Below, in pieces: positions 25,429-39,762 of a stretch of DNA of 64,000 nt. The stretch comes from Adineta vaga (taxonomy: Eukaryota; Animalia; Rotifera). The stretch spans positions 6,200,001 to 6,264,000 of the forward strand of contig CP075497.1 of NCBI GenBank assembly GCA_021613535.1. The letters are read 5' to 3'. Position numbers and translations under genes: made by a program. A model generated the notes under the pieces. The model saw only the letters and a list, made by a program, of their open reading frames with translations. It made no database searches and was not told the origin of the DNA. How positions within the stretch are numbered: position 1 is the first letter of the stretch; each line of letters begins with the position of its first letter.

Positions 25429-28400
25429 CATCTTGTGCTTCTTGTTTAAGTGCATTTAGAATACGTTTTTTCAATGCTGAATGAGATAAAACTGAATTTG
25501 TTAACGGTGATGGTTGCATACTATTTGACGGTGGATTATTATTGCACATATCTGTAGATGATGCTGGAGAACAATGACTAGTATTGAGATTTGAATAGGG
25601 TGATGTAACTGGTGTATTAATAATTGATGCTGTTGGATTAGGTACTAATAATAATAAAAAGAAAGAGAAAACATCAATTTATTCAATAGGAAATCAATTT
25701 CGAGATAATTTACCTCTATCCCCTGGTGAATGAAGGATATGTGGAGATGGTGAATGATATAAATGTGTTGCATATGGACTTGTCGATGGTGTATATCGCA
25801 TTGGTTCATCCATATTTGAATGATGTTGATTGAGAGAATCCGGACGTGGCATATAGAATTCTTTATTGAATATATCATTTGTATGACGTAGAATTTGTTG
25901 AAAAATATTTGGGGCTAAATTAGAAGGTGAATGAGAAGACACCGGGAATTGAGAAAAAGTCGATGGATGATGTTGATTAGATACTGATCGACAATAGGAA
26001 TAATGTTGAGGATGTTTAGATGATGGATAGTCATTGATCTAAATTAGAAGAATATTCTCTTTCGCTTATTGGAATGCTATTTATTATTTTTGTCGAAAGA
26101 TTCTTCTGTTTTCTAAGTTTTTTTTTGCTTTTTGAAAGATTGATAATTACCTGTCTATCATGATGATAATATTTTAATGTTTCATCAACGGATAAAGTTT
26201 TTCTTATTTTTTCATCATTACTTTGCATCGTTGGAACATTAGTAAACATTTGTGGATTTGGTAAATGATCAAATCGTAAAATTCCACCAGGAATATTCAA
26301 TGAATGATTTGTATTATTATTCATATTTATTCGATTATGAAAAGATTCTTCATTCATACGTATATCGTATCCATAATGATGATTATTATTTCTATCATAG
26401 ACATGCGATGGTAATGGAATTTGTTTTCGATTTTGTTTCGAAATATTCGATACAGGTTGGACACTCATGGGATTTTTAATTGCATGATATGCTAATGGAT
26501 TTGTTTGTGATTGAATAATAGATGATGAAATTGAACGTGTACGTGTTGCTAATGTTCGATCGTAAAAACGATGTTGTAATACATCTGAACATGGTGGTAA
26601 TGTTGGATACATGGATTGTTGATATGAACTATGATGAGTTAAATCAGATGATGGTGATATCATAATAAAATCGTCTTCTTCATTTTTTATTGGCATTGAA
26701 CGTTGAAGAATAGGTCGTTGATTGGAATCATTTGATGACGTAGGAGAATTAGGTCGTTTTCGTTTTGTTTGTCGACGTTCGTTCGATCCAGGAGGTGGTG
26801 TATGTTTCTTTTTTTGTACATTATCAGTTGTTGACGGTGATAATTGTTTCTAAAATAGAAGATATTGCAAATAAATTTGAAAAATAAGTGGAATTGTTAC
26901 TGTATTTACATCATTAAATCCACCATGTAAACGCATATGACCATTGAGTGCTGCACCATTTTTAAAACTCTTTTTACATATATGACATTCAACAGATTTT
27001 TCTTCATCAAATCTAAATAAATGAAGTAAAAAGAAACAATTTTTTTCTCTTCGAAATCAAATAACATACGTATAAGTTGGAACTAATTTTTGACCATTTG
27101 ATGATCGAATCTGTTGATTCATATGATATCCTTGATCATTATCAACCGATGATGATCGAGGTGAATTACTATCAATTGAATCAACAGAAAAATCACTACC
27201 TAATTCTTTCGTTTTCACATATGCTGTTTCCGGTAAGAAATTTCGATATTCATCATGTCCACCTTGATGAATAGCAGCAAGAATATTCTGATGTGCATTT
27301 TCAATATGTCGTTTCAATGAACGAGCATCACAATACGTTCGAACACTCTGGTACACGACATTTATGTGGTTTTTCTTCTTCATGTGTTAACATATGACCA
27401 TGTCTTAAATAAAAAATAAAAAAAAGTCAAGAAAATTTCGTCTAGTTAATTTTTGATATATTCCGTATGGTTAGTATTATTTACTTCATATGTCAATCTT
27501 TGTTTATATTAACTGACATATGTATATATGAGGTAAATATTGATGTATTCAAAGAAGAAATCAATGATTTCATACGACTGAACTATCAAAGATATCGAAA
27601 TAGAGAAAAAAAGTAATCAACTTACAGATGATCAAGTCGTTTGAAGCCTTTATTACATTTCACACATTTATGTCTACGATCTTGACAATGTGTTAATTTA
27701 TGTTTAGCCAGAGCACTTTTATTGGCAAATATCTAATTGATAGGAAAACATGACAGTTTCTTTGATTAGTTATGCGGTTAGAATTACTTTTGCACAATCT
27801 GGATGCGAACAATAATGACGATTTCCTTGCTGCTGCTGTTGTTGTTGTTGTTGTTGTTGTTGAGGTGATAATGAAGAGATATTCATCTGAGATTTATGAT
27901 TTGTAGAACTTAATGGTGATGGTTTTCGATCGATAGATAAAGGTGATGAGGAAGATAACCGAGTTTTATTTTCTAAAATAATAATGAGAAAATGAAATTA
28001 AGAAAATCGCTTTTTCAAGGTTATTTATTTACCTCTTGATGATTTTAAAATCTGACTAAAAGTTCTTGAGGATGTATTTTGACTATTACTATTAGTCGAA
28101 CTATGATTACTATTATCATCTTGACTTAAACCATTTGTTGACATTGTATTTACGCGTTCATCTGTATTGATAAGACGTGAATTTGTTATTTTATCTTGAT
28201 TATCTTCTTTATTTTCATTATTTAGACGATGTTTCAAATCTGGTTGTTCAAGTACATTTGTATCAAATGTAAAAAATGATGTTCTTGCCGTTGCTGATTT
28301 TGGTATTTGTACACTTGAAGCTGTTGTTAATTCAAAACCTGCACTATGAATTGGACTAAATGTTTTTTGAAAAGAATTTCCCACAGCTAATTGATTATCT

Positions 28401-29694
28401 GGATGATCATTCGATGCAAGTGGATTGGGCGGAGTTGTTAAAATATGGGATGTACCTCGAAGATATAAATGTGGCGATGGAGATACTGTACTAGCTCGCG
28501 ATTCAGTTAAAGGCGTTGTTGATGTAGTTTTATTTTCATCGACGGATTTATTTTGTTGATCATCAAGTAAATCATGAGCACTTGAATCAACATCAGCTAG
28601 AAAAATCGAAAAGATAACCGTGAAATATTTGTTTTTTTAATTATTTGATTTGTAAGTTCTATGAGTGGAGAAAAAACGGCGACTGTATGTTTTTTCTTCT
28701 TTTTACAATAATAAATAAATAGAAAGGTGAAGGACAGATTGTGAAAAATAAAAACGAAAATATCAAAAGAAGGATGACAAAACCGTATATGCGTAAATAT
28801 ATCTATGCATGGGTAGTTTCAAATGAATGATTTCTGTCTAGGATATATCAATAATGATGATGAAATATATATAGATGTAGGTTTAGTGACCCTAGATAAA
28901 TGAATTAAATTAAAATGAAATAAAGATACCAGATATCTGGATTTTCTCGTAATGTAAACTCTCTGAACTAATAAATAAATCATTAGTCTAAATAGTTTTT
29001 ATCTCTTGGTTATAAAATAAATAACTATAGAATGATCATTAACAGATGGTAAATTATCCTGACTTTTTGTTGTACATACCAACAAGAGCATCAATTGAAG
29101 CTGATGGATCTTCATCATCATCGATAGGCATTGATGTAACAACATTTCCTCCTTCATTGATTCGTTTAACCATTAATGGACTAAGAACTGGATTAGACCA
29201 TGGTTGTTGTTGTTCTTGGAGTTGTACGGCAAGTAGACGATTATTATGTGTTGGTGTGGAAGGTTGACTAGTATTGGCTGTTGATGATGATACAGCATTT
29301 GTACGATGATTTAATGGTGAAAGATGACCATTACTTGTAACATTAGCCTTGAAATAGGCAAACAAATAGGAAAAGAGAAAGTTTTTTTACCTCTCTTAAG
29401 TTTTGAAAGCATAATTATATTTACCTGTAAAGTTAACTGATTGTATGCTGGTGGTGTAGAATTGTTTGTTGTGCCATGATTTTGTGTAGCTGGTGGAAAA
29501 TGGAAATAATGATGATAGTGATTTGATGATGCTTGCAATGGAAATGTATGAGGTGTATGTTGATGTTGATGTTGAGAAAATGGGTCAATTAGATTTTGTT
29601 GCTGTTGCTGTTGATGATGATGAGTTTGCTGTTGATATTGATGCAAATGGTGTTGTTGCTGTTGATGATGAGGAGAAGATAACTGAACATGCGG

Positions 29695-29761
<67 letters not shown>

Positions 29762-30081
29762 GGTTGATAGTGAAATGTTGCGGTATGTGGATGTGGTGAT
29801 AAAATCAAAGACGATTGTTGGATATGATGTGAATGATGATGTTGATGATGATGATTTGTATTGTTTGCTTGTTTTAAATGACATATTGGCGCGGAATAGA
29901 TTCCGGGATCATTAGATTGTTGTGTATTGTTAACATCAAATACAGATAGATCAATATTACTTGGTCGACTCGGTCGACGAAGTGTTGATATCGGTGGATA
30001 ATGATATTGTTCGATATTATTTGCTGTTGTTGACGAAGATGATGATATTGTTGTTGATTTTTGACCAGTTGTTGAATGCAT
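23686..30081 (-). CDS. TRERF1/ZNF541/MIDEAS-like ELM2-SANT C2H2 zinc-finger regulator; one frameshift at about 27342 as assembled
   Basis: Three N-terminal C2H2 fingers ('CSHPDCAKIFANKSALAKHKLTH', 'CVKCNKGFKRLDHLHGHMLTH', '...YCDARSLKRHIENAH'), 'CHICKKSFKNGAALNGHMRLHGG', 'PYTPPPMLSPFRKGPGLY', ELM2 'PKINVGEKYQAMIP', SANT 'WTQEELDAF...KTVKQCIEFHY' and a terminal C2H2 finger. Stop at 23686-23688. Confidence 0.88.
29695..29760 (-). repeat. Coding (CAG)10(CAA)12 trinucleotide repeat encoding Q22
   Basis: The + strand reads (ttg)12(ctg)10, inside exon 1 of the TRERF1-like gene. Confidence 0.95.
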
Positions 30082-33000
30082 GGTAATATATATATATATA
30101 TATATATCGAAATGGATAGAATCCAATGAAAAAATGGACTAGAAAATCACTGTTCGACGATGCATGTGAATAAAAAATACAACAACAAACAAAAACAAAC
30201 AAAAAAATAAACAAAATCTGAAAAGAAAAAAGTTAAATTCTTTGAAAGATGCTATAAATACCAAAACAAATGAATCATTCTTTCTTATTTTTCCTTTTCC
30301 ATCTACTTCTTTTTTCTCCTCTCTTTCTCGTTCGTTCGCTCACTCTTTCTTCTTACTACATGTATATTGGTTTCCGTTTAGTCTTATTCTTCTGCTTTTG
30401 TGTACCTGCAAAAGAACTAACAGAATAAAAGAAATCTATGTGAGTGTCTGTGTGCCTATGCGTGTATTTGTTAAAGAAACGTAGGTGGGGAAGCTCGGCT
30501 AAAAAAAATAACAAACGTCTGATTAAAGAAGGAACATATACACATATACATGCATGATAACAACGAAATATTGTTTTATTACTATTACTAACGAAATACA
30601 CATATGCTTGTTCATCAAATCGTATAGAAAACGACAATATCAAATAACTGAAAGATAATATTATTTAAAAGAGAGGAGAATGTATTTATTATTTAAATAA
30701 AATAAAAGATCTTATAAATCTTTCAGTTAAACAATAACTCATGTCAAGTACGATCACGAAACGAGTCAATCAGTTAAATAAATAAAAAGAAAGTCGTTAG
30801 TTTTTTTAAATAAATAAAATAATTCTTTCACTTACCAATCAAACGATATCTATCTAGAGATTTAAATTAAAACGATTCAAAACACTCAGGTATAATCCAG
30901 ATTTCGATTTATTTCGATTTTTCATTTTAAAACTTGAACATTAACATGAAGATATAGGTGTCGCTTGTTGAAAAATATCTTGCAACTAATTTTTACACGA
31001 TCAATAAATAAATTACATTAGAGATCTTATTATTTCTCATTGATCTCTTTCAATAATTTCACTCCAGATGGCGGTAAATGATACTTATATGAAGTACAAT
31101 TAAGTAAACGTACGGCTAAAACAAGAAATCCTTCAACCTGACAAACACATCACATCTCTTATCAATTAACAAATGTAATTTCATTTATAAAATTAACTAC
31201 TTCAAATAAATATATTAACAACGAATCGAACGGTTTTAAGACTAATTAGATGACGATGTTTCTCATGAAAATAACTCTAACTACAGATATATCTTTATTG
31301 TTCCAAAATTATAAAAATAGAATAAATGAGCGGAAGGATACCATACTTTTTTCTTCGAACTGAAAAAAAAAGGAAATATAATTCAGATTTTTGTCATTTG
31401 TTTTGACCATATAATCGATTAGATTCATTGGATTGAATAGATGAGAATATAAATAAAGAATCATACTCACATAATATTGTTAGGTTAGTTTTAATCGACT
31501 AATCAATAAATATATAGAAAGAAAAAATGAGAGGAAAACAAAAGCTCATTCTTCTTCATTCTCATTTGTCTCATCCTTCAACAACACGACTCTACTATTC
31601 TTTTGTTGCTACGAGTTCGCGTCATCTTAGTCGTCTTGTCTTCTCGATTCTTTTCTACTATTTTCTCTTTTTTTTCTTTCTTTTTCTCCGCTTTTTTTTC
31701 TCCTCCTTCTTTTTTCTTTTATACTACACTCTATAATACCAAGCGAAATTGACGGCAATAACAACAGAGCGCCAGAACTCCGCGCCAACAAAATACCGAA
31801 GTAATGATGACAAAAAAATAGCAAAGAAAAATTGTCAACTGACGATGGAATAGTAGAGAATGCAGTAGTCTTATTGTCAGATATAGAAGAAATATAGAAC
31901 AAGAATGAGCTTCTGTTAGTTTCTCATGTAATGAATGTTTAGCACTCAGGTTCTAAATGATTTCACGTGGTTCGGAATTAGCCTGTAACATGCATATTTG
32001 CGTAGGCGACAAGCCATGCAGGTGAATGAGAAAATGTGTTACCACATGAGAATGTTTTCAAAATATTTCGATGAAAATAGAAAGAAATAAAACTGAATCA
32101 ACACATGTAATAAAATCTTACGTATAAACGAGCGAATATTTTCATTCATTTTTTTCTCTATAAATATAACGAACGAATATTACGAAGATAAACTTATAAA
32201 TATATATCGACAAATATTGAATGATACAATTATTCATAGTTACTTTAAGACAAATAAGAAAGATAACCACGACAGAAAAAAAACTAAATTGAATCAGTAT
32301 CGAAAACAGTTTATGTCATGAAACCTGACAAATACTTGGTTTTTTTTCTTTCTTTTTCTTTTATATCATCTTTTATTTTTAAACCAGTGAAGTCATCACT
32401 GACAAAAACACGTTTTTTCGTAAACTCATCAATATCAGATCTTTAATATAAAAATGAGTGAGAAGAAATCCATTCTGACTTAATAAAATACTATTTATAT
32501 TAATTAAAATCTAGTAGAGGATTAAAACAAGGATTTTGATTAAATATTCAAAAAACAAACGGAAAAGAATGAGGTTACTCTTCACGTCATGTCAAAAAGA
32601 AAAACTATATTACACCAATTTTTCACTTGATTAGTTATGTAAACGAAGTATTTCCCACATGTTTTGTATCGTCAATATATAGATCAGTTTGTTTGCTTCT
32701 TGACATAAACCTAATTTAAAAATCTAATCGTAATATGTCTTATGTTATTTAAAAATTAATAAAAAAGACTAATATATTTCATATTTTGCTGTTGATTCTC
32801 ATTCATATGACTATCGGAAATAATTCGAAGAGAATGTATTGGTTTAGAACTGTTACATTGATTGACAAAACGATCCATCGAGAAAAATCATGTTTACATA
32901 TTGTCAACATTTTTTTTCTAACTAATAGTATGATTTTTTTTAGCATATAATCATTATAAAAATTTTGTTTTTGTCGTTTGAAATAGCATGTTACGGAAAG

Positions 33001-34069
33001 AAAGTAATATAAAACGTTCAGTATTTTATTACACTTAATAATATATTGAACTATGAATCATAGATTTCATTCGTTTAGAAGTACTTTCTTCATTTCAATA
33101 TTGCACTTGAAAAAACTAACTTTTTTCTTGTTCTTAATTGAAAAAAAAAACTAGTACTTTCCGTTCTGTTATTCATGAATATAAACAGTTGACAACAATA
33201 TTCTATCAGTACATGGACATCTGTGTATTGAAAAGAGAATTAATCATAAAAACAAATCGACGAAATATCTGAATAAGTAAAGAGAGAAACTGTTTTTTGT
33301 TTCTACAAAAGATTTGAACAATAATCAAATATGGATAATAACTAACTTTAGGTGATAAAAGATAACAACTGATAGACGTCAATTGCTGTCGGTTAAAATG
33401 ATGAATTGACTTGAAAAACATCATAGAAATATTTGACCGAAATCTACGAAGTAAATAATAAGAGATGTGTTCTTGTATTAATTGCACTGAAATTATTTTT
33501 CCAAGAACACTTATCCAACTCTTAACAATAATAAGAAAAATACGACCACTGAACATTCATATATCAACTTCCCACAATAGCATATGTAGTTAAAATAGAA
33601 AACTTCTTATCATTTCGATTAATTCAATAAAGATTGATTATATCTCACATGACAATCAGTAAATATAATCTTTCATCTATTTTTTAAGATGAAATACTCA
33701 AGTGAGTCAAGTAAGTTATTATTTATAGTACCTTTGTCTTAATTAAAAAAGATATTTCAGATTGACTAAACCATTTCGTCATCTTTATTTTTATCTTCTT
33801 TGTAAAGAAAAACGAAACGAGAGATACACACAAGAAAAACTACCTTAACCATCAATACTTGTCTATATTTGGCTTCGACTGTTCAATCTAAATAACTTAA
33901 AAAACAACACATTTCTTTCTTCTATACATTTACAATATCTTAATAAGAGATTAAGAGTTTCTGAAAAGAAAAAGCAAAAGAAACATAAAATAAGATCATC
34001 AATGTCAAAATACAAAAGAGAAAAACGAAAATGACAAGTTGGATTATCAAACAGAAACATAATCAAGAT

Positions 34070-36296
34070 CTACTCGATTTTCGTATTTCCAATAACAGAT
34101 CTCATTGCCGAACGTAAACAATGTGAATAAACAGGTTGAAAACCCTATTTAAATAAAAGAACAATCTTTAAATAATTTCACATCTATCTTCAATACTTAC
34201 GTTATTCCATAAAACATCAGCAAAATAGTCAATATATTCTCCAATTTCTGAATATTCTCCTGAATATTTTGTATATAACCATAAACATAAGAGAACAAAA
34301 CAGACCCAAAATGCGAACATAAATATAAAATTGATTGCTCCAAGCCATATTATATCAAGTATACCAGCAATGAGATAACATAATATCATTGATGATATAA
34401 ATGTTGTTGGTGTACGACTGAATGCAAAGACATTTTTTGAATCATTATGTTTTTTAAAATTAACTAAAAAGAGAAAGAAGAAGAAGAGGATAATTTGTAT
34501 TCTAATCAATCAAATGTATAATTCATTTACCATAGAGTTCAGTAATTTCATTATCTAAATCTTGTTGATAATTTTGTGACATTTGTTCACCACCCATTTT
34601 TCGAGCACAACGAAATTTATCAATTGATTGACGACGAACTTCTTGATGGAGAACATCTAATTGATTTGGATGAATATATGGTCGATCACCACCACAATGC
34701 TTTAGAAAATAAGAATAAAAATAAATTATCGAAATGTATGTTTCGTTTTTTTTTAAATTTTATTTACTTGTTCCATTGCACGAATATAAAATTCTTTAGA
34801 AATAGCTTTAGCAGCTAAATTATTTGCTTCTGATGTTGCCTAAAATGATAAATAAAAACAAAACAACATTACTTAGCCATTGTTTATCGAATAAAACGTG
34901 ATGAAATGTTCTTCATTGATATCTACGTACTTCAAGCATGGCTTTTGGAGATGGTAATTCTCCGGAAGCAAATACTGTACAATAGCTCTAGAAAGAAGAA
35001 ATACGAAAAGGATTTGTATAGAATTATCGAATATTAACTTACTCGAAAATATTCAAATAATTGTGTAGATGTAACAAATTCTCCGTTAATTTCTTTCATA
35101 AAATTGACGCTATCCGATCGGAAAAGTTCAGGTACAAAAGCTTGTAATTGTTTTTTAAAATCTTTTTCAATATCTAAATTACGAAAGAAAGAGTTTATAA
35201 AGAATTTTAATTGATATGAAAGTTAGACCTTCTAGTCTTCCATCGAATTCACGTCGATTAGTTACTTTAAGACCAGGATGTGGCATTAAGAAACAATTTA
35301 CTTTACGAAAACATTGTCGTAAACGAGAACGAACAAGTTCGAGATCACGATGTTGATTTGGTCGAATCTAATGGACAAAACTGAATCGATTAAATTCATT
35401 CGATTATTCTCTAGTTTACTTGTAAACGATCTGTTAGAATTGTTTCTCCACCTTCAAAACCATAAGATGTTTCATATTCGAATTGCCAATCACGTACAAG
35501 AAATGTTAATTGCTAGAAAACAAAAATAAATAATCGTACAATCTTTCTTCGATCTTATTTTCAAACCTGAAATGGTGATGTATGATATGCATCCAATGCT
35601 AAAACTCCATATTCAGCGAAAAATGATAGATGTTGTAAATTATCTTCTTGTAAATTATGCATTATATTATAAACAGTGACACTACTAACAAGTAATGTTA
35701 GTGCAAAGATGAATGCATTCTCAAATACAGTTGAATTTGAATCAAATGTTCCCTGAGTATCCATAAGAAAAACTGCAATCTACGAATGAAATAAAATAAG
35801 AAAAAATAATGAAATGTTTGCTTTGATTTGAATTAAAATGTATCTTACTTCTTCACCATTTGATAATGACATTAGAAATGGTTCACTCCACATGAGCATT
35901 CCAGTTGTATACCAGCGCCACCACGCCAATCGAAACCTTTCAAGGGTTCATTTTCTTTTCCTATCCAATCTTTATGATCCTAAACAGCAAATCTTATTGT
36001 CCTGTTTTCTTTTTAATATTCATAATTCTATTTACTTTTGCTCTTAAATAACGAAGAAAAAAATCAAGCATAAACGATTTTCCTTTACGAAAATCTCCTG
36101 CAATTGAAACAAGTGAAATCTAAGACGTAAATAAGAAAAAAAGAAGCATATAGAAGACGAAGATCGATTTTACTTTTTTCCCTTGAGCTCGTTTATGATA
36201 TAAAATTTCTTTTAATTTCTTTTCATCAAGTACAAATTTGTGATCTTCAGTAATAGATACAATTTGCACGGGGCCTGCTGTTGATGATTGTTCCAT
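34070..36296 (-). CDS. ATL: Atlastin (ER-fusion GTPase), multi-exon; one frameshift at 35909-35910 as assembled (error or pseudogene)
   Basis: G1 '[21 protein letters not shown]', G2 region '[19 protein letters not shown]', G3 'MDTQGTFD', 'FLVRDWQF', '[11 protein letters not shown]', three-helix bundle '[10 protein letters not shown]', a TM hairpin and C-terminus 'TKIE*'. Confidence 0.9.
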
Positions 36297-37091
36297 GAGA
36301 AAAATAAATTTATTTTAAACCTGCTAAATAATAAACAAAAGAACGAAGGTTTAGTTGGATCGACGAATGCTTAGCGTCTTATTTCTATATACTAGTAAAG
36401 CGAGAGCAAGCGAGGGAGAGAGAGAGAATGGAATAAGAGAATATATTACGTCGCCATTGCAGAAATTTGGACGAACACAAAAAGAGATATGTTGGAAGAG
36501 AGGGCGCTGGATAACAGTCTTATGGAAAAACTATCATATGATAAACATAAACTATTACCATCGGATTGATCTACCAAATAGTATGTTATTTAAACAAAAC
36601 AAGAATATCTTTTGCGTTTATCTTTATCTACCTGAATAGATACGATAACATCAAGTCACTTTTATTACATATTGAGAAGGCTTTTAGCAATAAAAGAAAT
36701 CCATTAGAATAGTGATAAAAATACATAATATTTAGTAAGACTTCTCGATTAATTCTATATACATTATAATGTTTAATCTTATTGTTAACGTGAATGAATA
36801 ACTATCATTTGAAAGGAATCTTTGATTTAATTCAAAAAGAAAGTCAATAATACATGATAATGATTGAATCAATCATGTAAACGTTCATTTATTGAATTCG
36901 TCAGGTGAACTTCAGTTGCAAAAAGTTTGTCTTATAGTTTCAAAATTTATTTTATGTTGAAATATCCAATTATAAACGTTTTGTCATCATAAGAAAGGTT
37001 TATACATAGCAACAGAACTGTATTTTATTTACAGAACAGACATTGATTATTGAAAAGTAAACGTTCGTTTAGACAAAAAAAAGAAATCCAC

Positions 37092-39037
37092 ATGAGTCAA
37101 ACAAAGAATAAATTAGGTAGGTTCATTGAAATGAAATATTCTTCAAAAAACATATTTTATTAATAGCAAGAACAATTCATGATGTTGTTCGAGAAAACAA
37201 TGTAAAAGATCTCGAATTAATTGTCGGACGTGGTGCAAGTGTTAATGATGTGGATATACATAATGATGATAAATTTACACCATTACATTGGGCTGCTCAT
37301 ACTGGAAGTTTAGAGGTTTGTGATTAGTTCTTTTGTTTTTATTAGTAATAACATTTTCTTCTGTTGAAAAGTGTATGCATTGGCTATTATGGCAATCGGC
37401 AAATATGGATGCACTAACACCAAAAGGTTGGACACCAGCACATATTGCTTCAATTCGAGGACATGATGCATGTATACAAGTAAGATTATTTAATCTGAAA
37501 ATTTCAGTTCTTAATTGAAACTAAACATAGGCATTACTTAATAATAATGTTAATATTAACACACGTGATCGTCGTCATCAGACTTGTTTACATATGGCTT
37601 GTGCACATGGAAACTCTTTTGTTGTTCATACTCTACTACGTGGAGGAGCAGTAAGTTTCTTCTCTATGTATATGTAATATCTATAGAACATATTCATTCA
37701 TTCATTCATAAAAGGATCTTAATCATCAAGATGTCAATGGATGGACACCAGTTTTTACTGCTGCTTATCATGGAAGACTTGGCTGTTTACAAATGCTTGT
37801 AAAATGGGGTGCAAAATTAAATGATGTTGATAATGAAGGAAATACAGCTGGTAAAAGAAAATGATTTGTAATTGTTAAATGTTTTATTTAATGATAAAAT
37901 TTAGCTCATCTTGCTGCAATGGAAGGTCATCTGCCATGTTTGAAATTTATTATCTCAGTAACACGAGATATACCTGCTTTGCTCGGCGCTCGGAATGATC
38001 AAGGTGATACACCTAAATCTTTAGCTGAACAATTTTTCAAAGAAAATTGTTGTAAATATTTGGATGCACTCGAATGGGAACAAGATCATCCTGAACAAGC
38101 TGAAAGTACGAAGAAAAAAATCAGATGAAGAAGAAGAAGAAAAAAAATCGTTTAATTTCAGATCTAGCTTTTCCTGCTCATGTTGCTGCATATAATGGAG
38201 ATTTTGAACATGTGAAATTATTAGTTGAACAAGGTGTTGTTAACATCAATGAACGTGATGAGCATGGTTCAACATTAGCACACAAGGCAGCGGGTCAAGG
38301 TCATTTAGAAATTCTTCAATGGTTAATTGAAAATGGTGCAACAATCGATTTAACATCGGAAAGTGGTGAAACACCTAAAGATGTTGCACGACGTTATGGT
38401 CAACTAGCTTGTTTGAAAATCTTGGGTGGAGGTGCTGAAAAAGGTGATGGAACTCAACATGGACATGTCAATGATTCTAAACGACAGAGTGAACAACGAA
38501 GATTAACACCAAAAGAAGAAGAACGTCGACGTGCTAAAACAAAACTTGATGATTTATCAAAACAAATCGATATAGCTAAGAAAAACTTTCGACAATTAGG
38601 TGGACATCTGGATGAAGATGAACAACGCGAAGCACTCGAACAAGAAACACAAAAGTATGAATTGTACTATTCATCATTGTCTAATCAGATGAATATTTGT
38701 TTTCTTGTAGAAAATTTCATGAATATGAGACACAATTAGAATATGAAAGATTAAGAAGAGAAAAACTCGAAGCAGAATTAGATGAATGTCGACATCAAAT
38801 TGCTCGTCTGAGTAATACTTTACGTTCCTTTGAAGAAAGAACCGTATATGTTCAAGTAAGAGTTAAAAAAATTGATTAAATTTAAACAATTCTTTTCATT
38901 TTTAGCAAAGACCTCCTAGTAGAACACGGTCACAAAAAACGAAAAAAACATCATCATCATCAGCTGCAAATAAACAAAAACGTGTTGAAAAACAAACGGG
39001 AGTTGTATTCACACGCAGAAATTCATTTAATTCTTAA
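37092..39037 (+). CDS. ANKRD42: Ankyrin repeat domain-containing protein 42-like, multi-exon, intact
   Basis: 'KFTPLHWAAHTGSLECMHWLLW', 'GWTPAHIASIRGHDACIQAL', 'LAFPAHVAAYNGD', and coiled coil 'QLEYERLRREKLE'. Splicing is phase-consistent to TAA at 39035-39037. Confidence 0.88.
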
Positions 39038-39158
39038 GATGTTTGTATTAAAAAAATGATCAATTCTTTTTTAAATAAATTTGCAAACAAACTGCGACGT
39101 TTTTATGAATTCAATTAAAGAGAATATCAATGAAGAAACGTGCATAAAATTCAATCTT

Positions 39159-39762
39159 CTACTTTCTATTGTGTTCATTTAATATTGTTCGAAGATTTTC
39201 AAATTGTTCATTTAATGTTATTCGTCTATCATTCATAAGATATCGATTAATATCATCACCAGTGAGATTTGAATATCCGATATGACGTAATAGATCTCTT
39301 ATTTGTTCGTTATTCAAATGATTATACAACGAAAGTAAATGAATTACATGCGATAAACTATTCGATTCTATCTCATTCAAATATGCATGAAATTGTGTTT
39401 TTAGTAATTGAAATTGTTCATTATTCATATTTGAATTGATCTGATAATCATCGGAAAGTGTTGGTACATGATCTTGATGATTATTAGATGGAATATCAGG
39501 AAACGATAAATTATGAAAGATGTTAAATAGATTAGGAGGAACTTTTTGAAAATGTAAAGATTCAGGAAGAACTGATGTTGGAAGTGTATGCTGATGTTCT
39601 ATGGAAAGACATAGTTTAAATATTTATTTTTGAAAATGAATTTATTTAACTTTTTGATGATGGATGTTGCTTCGGTTTTTGATATGATTGATTTTGTTTG
39701 ATAGTGTTGCATGGAATGCTAGTTATTGTCGTACGTGTTGTTTCATTTAGAGATCGATTCAT
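39159..39762 (-). CDS. Hypothetical two-exon protein (about 185 aa)
   Basis: ATG at 39762. A GT-AG intron at about 39599-39650 joins in frame to the 39159-39428 ORF. No family recognised. Confidence 0.55.

Noticed and set aside
29493-29915. PolyV/polyA and polyA/polyT ORFs
   Set aside because: They are alternative-frame readings of the polyQ trinucleotide repeat.
36998-37013. RFX X-box upstream of ANKRD42
   Set aside because: Only the ATAGCAAC half-site fits and the spacing is non-consensus, so support is insufficient.
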